Source: a bacterium
Lineage (GTDB): Bacteria; SZUA-182; DTGQ01
Direction: 5' to 3'
DNA: 52,238 nucleotides
Assembly (NCBI GenBank): GCA_040752695.1
Contig: JBFMGO010000031.1
Span: 1 to 52,238 of the forward strand
In this document: piece after piece, positions 12,721 through 22,274 of the stretch
Layout: each line of letters starts with the position of its first letter
How positions within the stretch are numbered: the stretch's first letter is position 1
The notes under the pieces: model-generated
Told to the model about the DNA's origin: nothing
Seen by the model: only the letters and a program-made list of their open reading frames with translations
Databases searched by the model: none
Program-made: the position numbers and the translations under genes

Positions 12721-14025
12721 ATGCTTCTTGAAAAAATACAGGCACGAACAGCCCAGATAGGGATTATCGGACTTGGTTATGTCGGTCTGCCATTGGTCAG
12801 AGAGTTTCATCGAAGCGGCTTTCAGGTGACCGGCTTTGATGTGGACAAGACCAAGGTGGATGCACTCATGTCAGGGAAGAGCTACATCAAGCACATCCCT
12901 TCAGAAATGATTCAGAAAATGGTTTCTGATGGGCGATTTCAGGCAACAACTGATTTTTCCCGGTTAACGGAAATGGATGCGGTTGTCATCTGTGTTCCAA
13001 CCCCTCTCAATGTCAACCGGGAGCCGGATATGTCTTATGTCTTCGGCACAACCAGGACCATCGCCAGATATCTGCGCAAAGGGCAGTTGATCGCTCTGGA
13101 AAGCACGACCTATCCGGGGACCACGGATGAGGACATGCGGGCGATCCTTGAAGAGTCGGGACTTATAGCCGGACGTGACTTTCATCTGGCCTTTTCGCCC
13201 GAGAGGGAAGACCCGAATAATGCCCAATACTCGACCAGAACCATCCCCAAGGTCGTGGGAGGCTACACGCCGCAGTGCCTTGAGGTGGCCCTCAATCTGT
13301 ACAATTGCATCATCGAAAAAACCGTTCCGGTATCCTCGACCAGGGTGGCCGAAGCCACCAAACTGCTCGAAAATATTTTCCGGGCAGTGAATATTGCCCT
13401 GGTCAATGAGCTGAAAATGCTGTTTGACCGGATGGGGATAGATGTCTGGGAGGTGATCAATGCCGCCGCCACCAAGCCCTTCGGCTACACACCCTTTTAT
13501 CCGGGACCGGGCCTTGGCGGCCACTGTATCCCTATCGATCCCTTTTATCTTACCTGGAAGGCACGGGAGTATGACTTCAATACCCGCTTCATTGAATTGG
13601 CCGGGGAAATAAACACCTCCATGCCTTACTATGTCATGCAAAAAACCATGGATGCCCTGAATGAACAGGGCAAAAGCATCAAGGGGGCCAGAATCCTGGT
13701 CCTTGGGATTGCCTATAAGAAAAATATCGATGATCCGAGAGAATCACCCTCTTTTAAGATAATCGAGCTGTATCAGGGCAAAGGAGCCATTGTGGACTAC
13801 AATGATCCGTATGTTCCCGATCTGCCGAAAATGAGGCACCATTCTCTGGAAATGAAATCCGTTCCGCTCACCGAGCACACGGTTTCGGCTTACGATGCCG
13901 TGGTCATCCTGACCGATCATTCCGATTACGACTACTCGTGGCTGTATTCCAAGGCCAAGCTGATCATCGATACGAGAAATGCCACGCGAACTCCCCTGAA
14001 GGATAAAAAGGTGGTAAAGGCATAA
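12721..14025 (+). CDS. Nucleotide-sugar dehydrogenase (UDP-GlcNAc 6-dehydrogenase/WbpA-like)
   Basis: [35 protein letters not shown] (catalytic Cys), DDPRESP. Confidence 0.95.
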   Translation: MLLEKIQARTAQIGIIGLGYVGLPLVREFHRSGFQVTGFDVDKTKVDALMSGKSYIKHIPSEMIQKMVSDGRFQATTDFSRLTEMDAVVICVPTPLNVNREPDMSYVFGTTRTIARYLRKGQLIALESTTYPGTTDEDMRAILEESGLIAGRDFHLAFSPEREDPNNAQYSTRTIPKVVGGYTPQCLEVALNLYNCIIEKTVPVSSTRVAEATKLLENIFRAVNIALVNELKMLFDRMGIDVWEVINAAATKPFGYTPFYPGPGLGGHCIPIDPFYLTWKAREYDFNTRFIELAGEINTSMPYYVMQKTMDALNEQGKSIKGARILVLGIAYKKNIDDPRESPSFKIIELYQGKGAIVDYNDPYVPDLPKMRHHSLEMKSVPLTEHTVSAYDAVVILTDHSDYDYSWLYSKAKLIIDTRNATRTPLKDKKVVKA

Positions 14026-14047
14026 TACCAGAGCGCAAGAACAAGAG

Positions 14048-14092
14048 AAAAAAACGGCTGCCTGATGCCGGGCATCAGGCAGCCGTTTTTTT
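14048..14092. terminator. Bidirectional intrinsic terminator
   Basis: aaaaaaacggctgcctgatgccgggcatcaggcagccgttttttt, a long GC-rich stem with A/T runs between convergent genes. Confidence 0.88.
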
Positions 14093-14108
14093 GTTACCTG
14101 TTTTTGTC

Positions 14109-16148
14109 TCATAGGGATTCAATGCCCGATTGTGCAAGGAGAGGAACCCGCTCTTCTTCTTGTTCTCCTTCAGCCTCTTGAGCCTGCCAGAAGTCCACCA
14201 GAAGGAAGGATAGAAAGCCGTTGAGCACAAATTCCAAACCGGCACACAGTTGTGAGAAGATAAAAACAACCAGCCGGCTGATGACGACATACCAGTTTTT
14301 CAGGTTAAGGTATTCAGGGACCCTTATGGAAAACATCTTCCCGAAAATACCGATGAGGTACCACCCGACGGTCGAAAGGGCCACGATTCCAACTCCCGAA
14401 ACATTATGCAGGACCTCGTGAGAGAACATCGATCCCAGGGAAAAGTTGACGGGATTATACAGGAGAGGAAGAGCGGATCTGCCCGTATTCACATCGAAAA
14501 TCATCTTGTAGGCATGCGATCCGCTTTGCAGTCCGAATCCAGCCAGTGCAGGCCCGATCAGCTTTTCCAGCAAAAAGTTGGGGAACAGGCCGATGAGGAT
14601 AATGCTGATAATCATCGGAATGAAGGCAGCCCTCATGGTATTGGTTTCCGGCTCTGCATTTTTCAGGTAATCGGGTCGTTTCCCCATATAGACCAGGTAA
14701 AAAGAGCGGGTGGTATAACACAAGGTCATACCTGCGGATATGATAAACATGATCTCCGCCCACTTCAGCCAGGCAATCCCGGCGGCATGGGCATGGCCAA
14801 AGTGTGCGATGGCCTCGGTAATGGCATGGTGTACCATGGTCTTGCTGGCAAACCCGCCCGTAAAGGGAATACCGGCAATGCTCAAGACCGCAAAGAGAAA
14901 GGTGAGAGCGGTAATGGGCATATTCTTTCGCATTCCGCCCATTTTCTCGATATAATCCTCGTTCGTCCGGCTGCAGGTTATTCCGATGCACAGGAAGAAG
15001 GCTGACTTAAAGACGGCATGGTTCATAATGTAATACAAAGAACCAGCCAGGCCCATGGCGCCTTCTGTACCGAGCACCATGCAGCAGCCAAGGCCAAAAA
15101 CGATAAAGCCCATCTGGCTCACCGTGGAGAAAGCGAACATTCTCTTGAAATGGGTAGTCAGGAGCGCCGGCAGAGCGCCGAAAAACATGGTCAGGACTCC
15201 CAGCCAGATGACTCCCACCCCTATCATGTTCATCTGCGCCCCATGGGTCAGGGGCATGGCTGGATAGAGCCGGAAAATGGTTCGAAGCATTCCGTAGATG
15301 CCGACTTTCACGACCAGTCCGGAGAGCACGGCATGGGCTGGCGGCGGTGCCACGGGGTGAGCTACGGGCAGCCATATATGAACCAGCCATAATCCGGCTT
15401 TAATGGCAAATCCTGCTACCAGAAGGAAGAAAATGAGAAACCTGATCCGGGGGGTGAGCACGAGACCGGGCAAGGCGCTGGTGGTATATCGGGTCAGTTC
15501 CGCCGAAGGGTAGAGGGAGATATTTCCCGTATAGCCGTACATCAGTATCGTGCCAAAGAGCATGCAAAGCCCGCCGATGACACTCACATAAAGAAAGAGC
15601 TTGCCCGCAAAGGTGGCGTCGCCGGTTTCGTCATGGGCGACCAGGGCATAGCAGGTAATGGTGACAAATTCGAAGAAAATAAAGAGAGAGAAAAAATCCC
15701 GGACCAGATAAATGCCAAGACACGATGCCAGACCGAGCATGTAGAAGGTGAAAAACCTGCCTTTCGCATGTCTTTTAACCATATAGCTGGTGCCGAAAGT
15801 TGCAGAGAGGGTCCAGATAAAGCTTGTGATCAGGGCAAAGATCAATCCTGCACTATCTGCGCCGAAGCGCAGGTGAAATCCCATAATCCCAGGGAGTGAC
15901 AGGTCCAGCCCCTTGTAGAAAACTCCCTCGATGTAAACTCCGCGGACTACAGGATGGTACAGGGCGAGGATAAGCCCGAGACTCACAAGGCAGGTAAGAA
16001 TAATGACGGCATTCTGGGCAGCCCACGCTTTGCACCTGGCGCAGACAGCCACTAAAATCGCCCCGATGACCGGAACCAGGACGATCACCAAAGGCATCAG
16101 GGCAATGGAACTTTCTTTTAGGGTAATAGGCAACTCGGCTGGGGTCAC
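14109..16148 (-). CDS. Proton-conducting antiporter-like membrane subunit, large, cassette 2 (paralog of 8411-10390)
   Basis: FFEFVT, AIKAGLWLVHIWLPVAHP, KRMFAFSTVSQMG, GFASK; GTG start after AAGGAGG. Confidence 0.92.
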   Translation of the reverse strand: MTPAELPITLKESSIALMPLVIVLVPVIGAILVAVCARCKAWAAQNAVIILTCLVSLGLILALYHPVVRGVYIEGVFYKGLDLSLPGIMGFHLRFGADSAGLIFALITSFIWTLSATFGTSYMVKRHAKGRFFTFYMLGLASCLGIYLVRDFFSLFIFFEFVTITCYALVAHDETGDATFAGKLFLYVSVIGGLCMLFGTILMYGYTGNISLYPSAELTRYTTSALPGLVLTPRIRFLIFFLLVAGFAIKAGLWLVHIWLPVAHPVAPPPAHAVLSGLVVKVGIYGMLRTIFRLYPAMPLTHGAQMNMIGVGVIWLGVLTMFFGALPALLTTHFKRMFAFSTVSQMGFIVFGLGCCMVLGTEGAMGLAGSLYYIMNHAVFKSAFFLCIGITCSRTNEDYIEKMGGMRKNMPITALTFLFAVLSIAGIPFTGGFASKTMVHHAITEAIAHFGHAHAAGIAWLKWAEIMFIISAGMTLCYTTRSFYLVYMGKRPDYLKNAEPETNTMRAAFIPMIISIILIGLFPNFLLEKLIGPALAGFGLQSGSHAYKMIFDVNTGRSALPLLYNPVNFSLGSMFSHEVLHNVSGVGIVALSTVGWYLIGIFGKMFSIRVPEYLNLKNWYVVISRLVVFIFSQLCAGLEFVLNGFLSFLLVDFWQAQEAEGEQEEERVPLLAQSGIESL

Positions 16149-16166
16149 TTTCTTGCCTCCTTTTTT

Positions 16167-17675
16167 TTAAAGAATTTGATTAACCGCTAGCCCGATCAAC
16201 CTCATCGGCCATTGAGCGTAGATCGCAAACACGATCATGGAAATAACCAGAACGAAAATCGGTACGATCATGATCCATGATGGATCACACCTCTGTACTG
16301 CCATATCCGGCAGCGGATGATGGTCGTGAGGATCCTGCGGACAGCTTCCAAACCAGCCATCCATCACGATCGGTCCGTAATATACTGCGGTGAGCAGGCT
16401 GCTTAAGATCAAGACTCCGATAATCACGATACCCGTGGTCTGGGAAATGACATTCATGCTGGCCGCCTGCAAAGCACCCACGCCAAGGATCCACTTGCTG
16501 ACAAAGCCGACAAAGGGCGGGAACCCGACCATGGAAAGGGCCGCCAGGGTGAAGCACAGCATGGTCAGCGGCATTTTCTGCCCTATTCCCTTCATGTCTT
16601 TTATTTCCCGGATACCGGTTTTATAGATAATGGCTCCTGCGCATAAAAAGAGAACCGTTTTGGCCAGGGCATGAGCCATGATGTGATAGATCCCGCCCGC
16701 CAGCCCCTTGCCGGAAAGCAGGATAACGCCGAGGATAACGTACCCGATTTGCGACATGGAGGAGTAGGCGAGCATGCGTTTTATTTCCTTCTGGGCAATA
16801 GCCAGTCCGGAACCCAGGATAATGGTGATGATGCTGATAATGAGGAGGATTTTTCCCGTAGCGGGTGTGTTGATCCGGCCTGCCCCGAAAATGCCGTATA
16901 CGGTCTTGATAATACCAAAGGCTCCCGCCTTTACCATAACCGCTGACAGAAGGGCCGTAGCCGGACACGGAGCAGCCGGATACGCATACGGCCTCCAGAT
17001 ATGCAGAGGGAATATTCCGGCTTTCACGGCAAAACCGATTATGAAGCCCCAGAAAAGAAAAAGAAAATAAGGACTGCTCCGCAGGACGGCATAACCTCCG
17101 TTCGTAAAATCAAAGGTGCCGGTAATGTTCCGCGTAAGGATAATGGACAATAAAAGGATGATTCCTCCAATAATTCCCATGAACAGATACTTGCTTCCGG
17201 CAGCCAGGGAGAAAGCGCTTTCATCGTGTACGATCAGCATATAGGAGAGAATGGCCATGATTTCGAAGAAAAAGTAGAGAGTTAACATATTGCCGCCAAG
17301 AACGATTCCCATAATGCCAGAGAGTGAAAAGAGCGAGAAACACTGATAGCGCGCCTTATGTTTATCGTTCATCAGGTATTCTATGGCATACCATGATGAG
17401 ATGGTCCAAATGAGAGAACTGACCAGGGCCATAAATATACCCAGAGCATCGGCCCTGAAAGAAAAAAGGGCGGGAATCGTTCCGATCTGCCAGGCAACCT
17501 CAATAATCCGGCCCTGACCGACGGCCGGATAAAGGCAGGCGGTGAATACGAAGGTCAGTCCGCAGATGAGGGTTGCGGCTACGTTGCTGAGCATTTCGTA
17601 AAACAATGAGAGCCAATAGATAAATAATGCTCCAATAAGCGGTGTAAAGATTGCTATAAACAAAACACTCTTCAT
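16167..17675 (-). CDS. MrpD-like antiporter-type membrane subunit, cassette 2 (paralog of 10422-11948)
   Basis: FFEIMA, KAGIFPLHIWRP, KRMLAYSSMSQIGY, GFPPFVGFVSKW. Confidence 0.92.
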   Translation of the reverse strand: MKSVLFIAIFTPLIGALFIYWLSLFYEMLSNVAATLICGLTFVFTACLYPAVGQGRIIEVAWQIGTIPALFSFRADALGIFMALVSSLIWTISSWYAIEYLMNDKHKARYQCFSLFSLSGIMGIVLGGNMLTLYFFFEIMAILSYMLIVHDESAFSLAAGSKYLFMGIIGGIILLLSIILTRNITGTFDFTNGGYAVLRSSPYFLFLFWGFIIGFAVKAGIFPLHIWRPYAYPAAPCPATALLSAVMVKAGAFGIIKTVYGIFGAGRINTPATGKILLIISIITIILGSGLAIAQKEIKRMLAYSSMSQIGYVILGVILLSGKGLAGGIYHIMAHALAKTVLFLCAGAIIYKTGIREIKDMKGIGQKMPLTMLCFTLAALSMVGFPPFVGFVSKWILGVGALQAASMNVISQTTGIVIIGVLILSSLLTAVYYGPIVMDGWFGSCPQDPHDHHPLPDMAVQRCDPSWIMIVPIFVLVISMIVFAIYAQWPMRLIGLAVNQIL

Positions 17676-17848
17676 CTGTTTTTTCCCTTATAGTCGCTTA
17701 AGATCCGCATCCGTTTTTTGTGAAACCGAAAAAAAGGATGAGAACCCTGGTTGTGATTGGCGATCCTAAGATAAGCACGTGTGGGTAATGAGGCTGCAAT
17801 CATGGTTTTTTCCGCTTTCCGGCGAATGGTCCTGAAGCTTGTTCGCGG

Positions 17849-18112
17849 TCAATGGAAAGCGAGATGACCAGATTGGACAAACATCCCCACGATCAGGAGG
17901 ATAATGGAGAAGAAGATTATCAAAGCGTACCGGTTCCAATATCCTGTATGGAGGAATTTTCGAAGGTTATGGCTGATAGCTTCAAAACAAAATCCGATGC
18001 CGTAAATAGATCTGTTCAAGGCTTTGTCAAACGTGTACACAGCCAGTCCGATCCCTCTGGCATTCAAGGGATAACTGGTTCCTTCAATCATAAAACAGTT
18101 TTTTGATACCAT
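17849..18112 (-). CDS. Small membrane protein resembling the NuoL/MrpA C-terminal tail, cassette 2
   Basis: FDKALNRSIYGIG...LHTGYWNRY + TM helix, aligns with 12052-12276; ATG 18112 after GAGGA. Confidence 0.75.
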   Translation of the reverse strand: MVSKNCFMIEGTSYPLNARGIGLAVYTFDKALNRSIYGIGFCFEAISHNLRKFLHTGYWNRYALIIFFSIILLIVGMFVQSGHLAFH

Positions 18113-18211
18113 GATATGTTCATCCTCACTGATTGCCGGGTAAATAAGACTATGAAACATATTCCCTAATGGTTACGGTGCAAGAAATCGGTTCAAAACT
18201 ATCATTTATCT

Positions 18212-18242
18212 TGTTATAATTTTATATAATAAAATTATAACA
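18212..18242. promoter_or_regulatory. Perfect 14-bp inverted repeat, candidate operator
   Basis: tgttataattttat-ata-ataaaattataaca downstream of the cassette-2 promoter. Confidence 0.45.
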
Positions 18243-18278
18243 TATAACAATTTAAATAAATATTAAATATATAGATTA

Positions 18279-18308
18279 AATATAGAATAAATCAAATTCG
18301 AATGTCAA
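18279..18308 (-). promoter_or_regulatory. Sigma70-type promoter of cassette 2
   Basis: Minus strand TTGACA-18 nt-TATATT. Confidence 0.6.
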
Positions 18309-18336
18309 GTACAAACTTCAATTCCTGCATTGTATC

Positions 18337-18365
18337 TTGACATCCACAGGGGATATTGTTATAAA
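18337..18365 (+). promoter_or_regulatory. Sigma70-type promoter, divergent
   Basis: TTGACA-17 nt-TATAAA with TG extension. Confidence 0.7.
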
Positions 18366-18428
18366 TTGATTTTGAAGTCTCGTTGCGTTCAATTATGTAA
18401 TCACGAAGGGTTATTATTTTAAAGAAAA

Positions 18429-19358
18429 ATGAAAAGCAGCTACGATCTCGCCTATCTGGAAAAGGAGTGGAGTCAGAGGAATCTTGATCTTTTTCCCTAT
18501 ATCGAGGGCCTTTTCAGCCTGATGCGGTCAAGGGAGGGTAACCTCGAGAAGACCAGAAAAAGATTGCAGGCTTCCTCTGCGGCTACGATTGTCCAATTCC
18601 TCGGCTCGGATGACAAGGACGTTTCCCATATCGCCAGCAAGTTGGTTCAGGGCCATCAGGACCAGATGCTTATTACGGCTATCCTGCTCTACAGCCTGAC
18701 GAAAGTGACCAAAGCAGGCTACGCGGCCAAGGTCGGTGACTGTCTGGCCGGTTGTCCTCAGCCGGAGGCCGGGCTTCGGTACTTTTTTCCGTTTCGCCGT
18801 CAGTTTCCTGAAGTCAGGACAAGGAGCGATGAATTTTTTCAACACTTCTGGCGCACAGGCACCGAATCGATTCTTCGTGACGATCAGGCACAGAAATTCT
18901 TCCGGCATATTTTTGAGGCCATCCTGGAAGATTTGGCGGATTCTATCCCCGACCTGAAAGACATCTCCTCCTTACCGGACTTCCTTGTGCTGAAAGAAGA
19001 CCTCACTCCTGCCCTTCGGGTCTACTACCTGGTTGAGAACCGGCCCGAGATAAAGATGATTTTCGATCAGGGGCTTAAGACGTTCGGGCGTCATCTGGGA
19101 AGCATCAGGAAATTGATCAGTTTTGAATCCCATACCTACCTTGACGAAGTGCTTCCCGTAGTTCTCGCATTCATCGGCCTTTTGCGGCTCGAGCAAGACC
19201 GGCAGGAACTGGACCGGATTTTGTCGAAAATAGCCGAATTCGACTGTACGAAACCCCTGGCGACCCGTCTTGAAATCCTCATCGAAAAGGTTATCTCTCT
19301 TTTGGAAGATCCAAACAAATATGTCTACGAGACCCTTCCCCATGATTTGTTTTTTTAG
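18429..19358 (+). CDS. Hypothetical helical protein
   Basis: 309-aa ORF downstream of a good promoter; no motif recognised. Confidence 0.7.
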   Translation: MKSSYDLAYLEKEWSQRNLDLFPYIEGLFSLMRSREGNLEKTRKRLQASSAATIVQFLGSDDKDVSHIASKLVQGHQDQMLITAILLYSLTKVTKAGYAAKVGDCLAGCPQPEAGLRYFFPFRRQFPEVRTRSDEFFQHFWRTGTESILRDDQAQKFFRHIFEAILEDLADSIPDLKDISSLPDFLVLKEDLTPALRVYYLVENRPEIKMIFDQGLKTFGRHLGSIRKLISFESHTYLDEVLPVVLAFIGLLRLEQDRQELDRILSKIAEFDCTKPLATRLEILIEKVISLLEDPNKYVYETLPHDLFF

Positions 19359-19515
19359 TATCTTCATTTCCTCCATAATGCCGATAGCTGCCTGATAAGC
19401 GCAGGAGGGCGAAATACCATCCTTTCTTGAGGAGGACAGGGAGGTTTTCTGATGACTGCGGATTCCCTTTACGCTTTTTGGGTCCTCCAAAGAATCACTG
19501 AATAAGATATAATTC

Positions 19516-19544
19516 TTGACAGATACAATTGATAATGTTATATT
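19516..19544 (+). promoter_or_regulatory. Sigma70-type promoter
   Basis: TTGACA-17 nt-TATATT with TG extension. Confidence 0.7.
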
Positions 19545-19597
19545 TCTAAATCCTGCAAAAGATCATAACATCCAAGCATCCTGGCCAATTTGAAACC

Positions 19598-20590
19598 GTG
19601 CTTGAGGAAAGAGAAGAAAGCTTGAGCCGGCATATGGTGAAAAGCAAAGAGCTGAAGTCACTGGAAAAGAAATATCAGCACCGTGAGGAAAAAAGATACT
19701 TTTTGCCGTTGGCCGATGCCTACCGGAAAAATAATGACCTTGCAAAGTGTATCAGCCTGCTTCGTCAGGGACTTTCCCATTTTCCACAGTACTGGGCCGC
19801 GCGCGTGGCACTTGGCCGTGCTCTCGTGGAAAGGGGCGATCTCGACGAGGCACAGAAGGAATTGGAAGCGGCACGCGACCATGTTCCGGAAAACCTTCTT
19901 CTTCACCGCTTGTTGGCTTCGATCTACTTCACCAAAGGGGAACTTCGAAAAGCTGCCTACTACTGTCAATTGGTCTTATTCGTGATTCCTCACGATGGGG
20001 AATGCCTTTTTATCATGGATGAGATTTTTAAAGCAGCGGGGGATTCCAAAAGAGAAGGAGGGGAGTTTAAGACACCATCCGTACCTGAAGCAGGAGGCGG
20101 GCCACAACCTGAAGCAGCCCACATGCCTGAAGCCGGGGTCGAGCCCGTACTTGAAGATAAGCCTGTACCTGAAGATGAGATAACTTCCGCTCCTGAATAC
20201 GGGCAGTCCGAACAGGCTCTTTTTGTACAAGAGGTGCCCGGCCTGAATGTACCTGAACAGGAACCGCAGGAGTTGGCTCAGCAGGAGGAGATTATCGCAC
20301 GCTCGTCCAAGGAGGATGCGGCGGAACAGGAAGAGGAGATCGTTACCCCGACGATTGCGGAGTTGTATCTGGCTCAAGGGGTTCCGGAAAAAGCCATAGA
20401 AATTTATCAAAAGTTATTGATCCAGCAGCCGGACCACAGGGAGTGGCAGGAGCGGGTCAACTTCATACAACACAAGAGTGGAATCATGCCTCCCGTTCGA
20501 AAGACCGATGACTGTGCTCAGGGAAACGACAGGGTATTGCAGCAACTGGAGACCTGGTTAAAAAATATTGAAAAATCTACTTTAAGTTAG
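19598..20590 (+). CDS. Tetratricopeptide repeat protein with acidic Pro/Glu linker
   Basis: TPR-like helices (FLPLADAYRK, ARVALGRAL, TIAELYLAQG); start may be ATG 19634. Confidence 0.85.
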   Translation: MLEEREESLSRHMVKSKELKSLEKKYQHREEKRYFLPLADAYRKNNDLAKCISLLRQGLSHFPQYWAARVALGRALVERGDLDEAQKELEAARDHVPENLLLHRLLASIYFTKGELRKAAYYCQLVLFVIPHDGECLFIMDEIFKAAGDSKREGGEFKTPSVPEAGGGPQPEAAHMPEAGVEPVLEDKPVPEDEITSAPEYGQSEQALFVQEVPGLNVPEQEPQELAQQEEIIARSSKEDAAEQEEEIVTPTIAELYLAQGVPEKAIEIYQKLLIQQPDHREWQERVNFIQHKSGIMPPVRKTDDCAQGNDRVLQQLETWLKNIEKSTLS

Positions 20591-20610
20591 TATTATTAAG
20601 GTACAGCATA

Positions 20611-21705
20611 ATGATCGATTATGCAGCGAGATATCAAAAAGTCTTAGCGAAGTTCACCGAGAAAGAGATTGATGCTCTTTTGGTGACGAATCCCTACAAC
20701 CAGAGGTATCTGACCGGGCTTATCCTGAGTGATGCGGAACTTGTTCTGGTGCCTTCCCAAAGCGCCCTGTTTGTAGATTCCCGGTATCTCCTGGAGGCCC
20801 GGCAAAGGAATTTTCCCTTTCCTGTCGAGGTAATACAGTTTAAAGATAAATATAAGGAAATTCCCATTTGGCTCGAAAATCACGGGCTTGGCCGGATCGG
20901 CATAGAATCCGATTTTATTTCCTACCGCACGTTTTTAAAGTGGCGGGAGAAGGTATCCGGCCACCTGGTACCGTGTGAAGAACTCGTTGAAATGGTTAGG
21001 ATATATAAGGATGAAGTCGAGATTCAGCTCATCGGGAAGTCACTTGATATTCTGGCCAGGGTCATCAGGGTAATTCCGGACATACTCAGTAACTATACGC
21101 AAATTACCGAAAGAGATGTAAGTCTGGAAATCGAGTATTTAATGAAAAAGGAGGGTTCGGAGCGTCCGGCCTTTGACCTCATCGTCGCTTCAGGAGAAAG
21201 AGCGGCCATGCCGCACGCTGCTCCCAGTGACAGGAAATTCCGGACCGGGGAATTAGTGCTCGTTGATTTGGGGGCTGTTTTCAAAGGATACCATTCTGAT
21301 TTGACCCGCACCTTTTGTCTGGGGGAGGAATCGGAAGAGGTGAAGAAGGTGTTTCACATTTTGAAAGCGGCCCAGGAGGCGGCCATTGAAGGGATCAGAC
21401 CCGGAAAGACGGCCAAACAGATCGATGCTCTTACCCGCGGAGTCATCGAGAAGGCAGGGTACGGTCAGTTTTTCGGCCATGGCACCGGACACGGCGTCGG
21501 GATCGAAGTTCATGAGCTTCCCCGGATTTCCCCCGCCAGTGAAGCTGTACTGGAGGAGGGAATGGTCTTTACCGTAGAGCCAGGGATCTATTTGCCTGAT
21601 CACCTTGGAATGCGGCTTGAGGATATGGTATTGGTAACTCGGCAGGGCTGTCGGGTTCTCAGTCAGTCCGTACCGAAGGAAGTTGTCCTGGTTCAGGGCT
21701 GGTAA
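20611..21705 (+). CDS. Xaa-Pro aminopeptidase (M24 family)
   Basis: AAMPH, YHSDLTRT, HGTGHGVGIEVHE, TVEPGIY, RLEDMV. Confidence 0.95.
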   Translation: MIDYAARYQKVLAKFTEKEIDALLVTNPYNQRYLTGLILSDAELVLVPSQSALFVDSRYLLEARQRNFPFPVEVIQFKDKYKEIPIWLENHGLGRIGIESDFISYRTFLKWREKVSGHLVPCEELVEMVRIYKDEVEIQLIGKSLDILARVIRVIPDILSNYTQITERDVSLEIEYLMKKEGSERPAFDLIVASGERAAMPHAAPSDRKFRTGELVLVDLGAVFKGYHSDLTRTFCLGEESEEVKKVFHILKAAQEAAIEGIRPGKTAKQIDALTRGVIEKAGYGQFFGHGTGHGVGIEVHELPRISPASEAVLEEGMVFTVEPGIYLPDHLGMRLEDMVLVTRQGCRVLSQSVPKEVVLVQGW

Positions 21706-21821
21706 CCCTTTTTCGAAAGGCCGGGGGACGGTATGGGTATGGTATGGGACAGTATGGGCGATGGTGAGACAGGCAGCTTTAGGCGACCTATAACCTGAGA
21801 ACTTTAGCAGAATAGAGAAAA

Positions 21822-22262
21822 ATGGATATAGAGAAAATTGACCAGATTTTAAATTTAATCGAGAAGACAGGTTTTATCGAGGTTGAGGTAGAGCAGGCCG
21901 GCCTTCGTATCAGGGCCCGCAAGGGAACATCCCCGTCAAAACCGAAGGTCGAGGTGAAACAGGAGATTGAGGAAAAACCGGCGGCTGAGAGCCCGGTGGT
22001 GGAAAGCGATAAAGGTGTCATCAGCCGGTCACCGCTGGTTGGGACTTTTTATCGGGCTCCGTCACCCAATGCAGCTCCCTTTGTTGAGATAGGTGATATC
22101 GTCAGAAAGGGGCAGGTCTTATGTATTGTTGAAGCGATGAAGCTCATGAATGAAGTCGAAGCCGAGGTAGACGGCAAGATTATTGCCATCTATGTCGAAA
22201 ACGCACGCCCGGTTGAATACGGTGAGCCGCTCTTTCTGATTGAAACTGTTGGATCCCGGTAA
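21822..22262 (+). CDS. accB: Acetyl-CoA carboxylase biotin carboxyl carrier protein
   Basis: SPLVGTFYRAPSP and EAMKLMN biotinylation motif. Confidence 0.97.
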   Translation: MDIEKIDQILNLIEKTGFIEVEVEQAGLRIRARKGTSPSKPKVEVKQEIEEKPAAESPVVESDKGVISRSPLVGTFYRAPSPNAAPFVEIGDIVRKGQVLCIVEAMKLMNEVEAEVDGKIIAIYVENARPVEYGEPLFLIETVGSR

Positions 22263-22274
22263 GGATTAAGCCCC

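Noticed and set aside
8411..17675. DabB/MpsA inorganic-carbon pump or formate hydrogenlyase assignment
   Set aside because: No DabA/DUF2309, hydrogenase or Fe-S subunit genes in the window.
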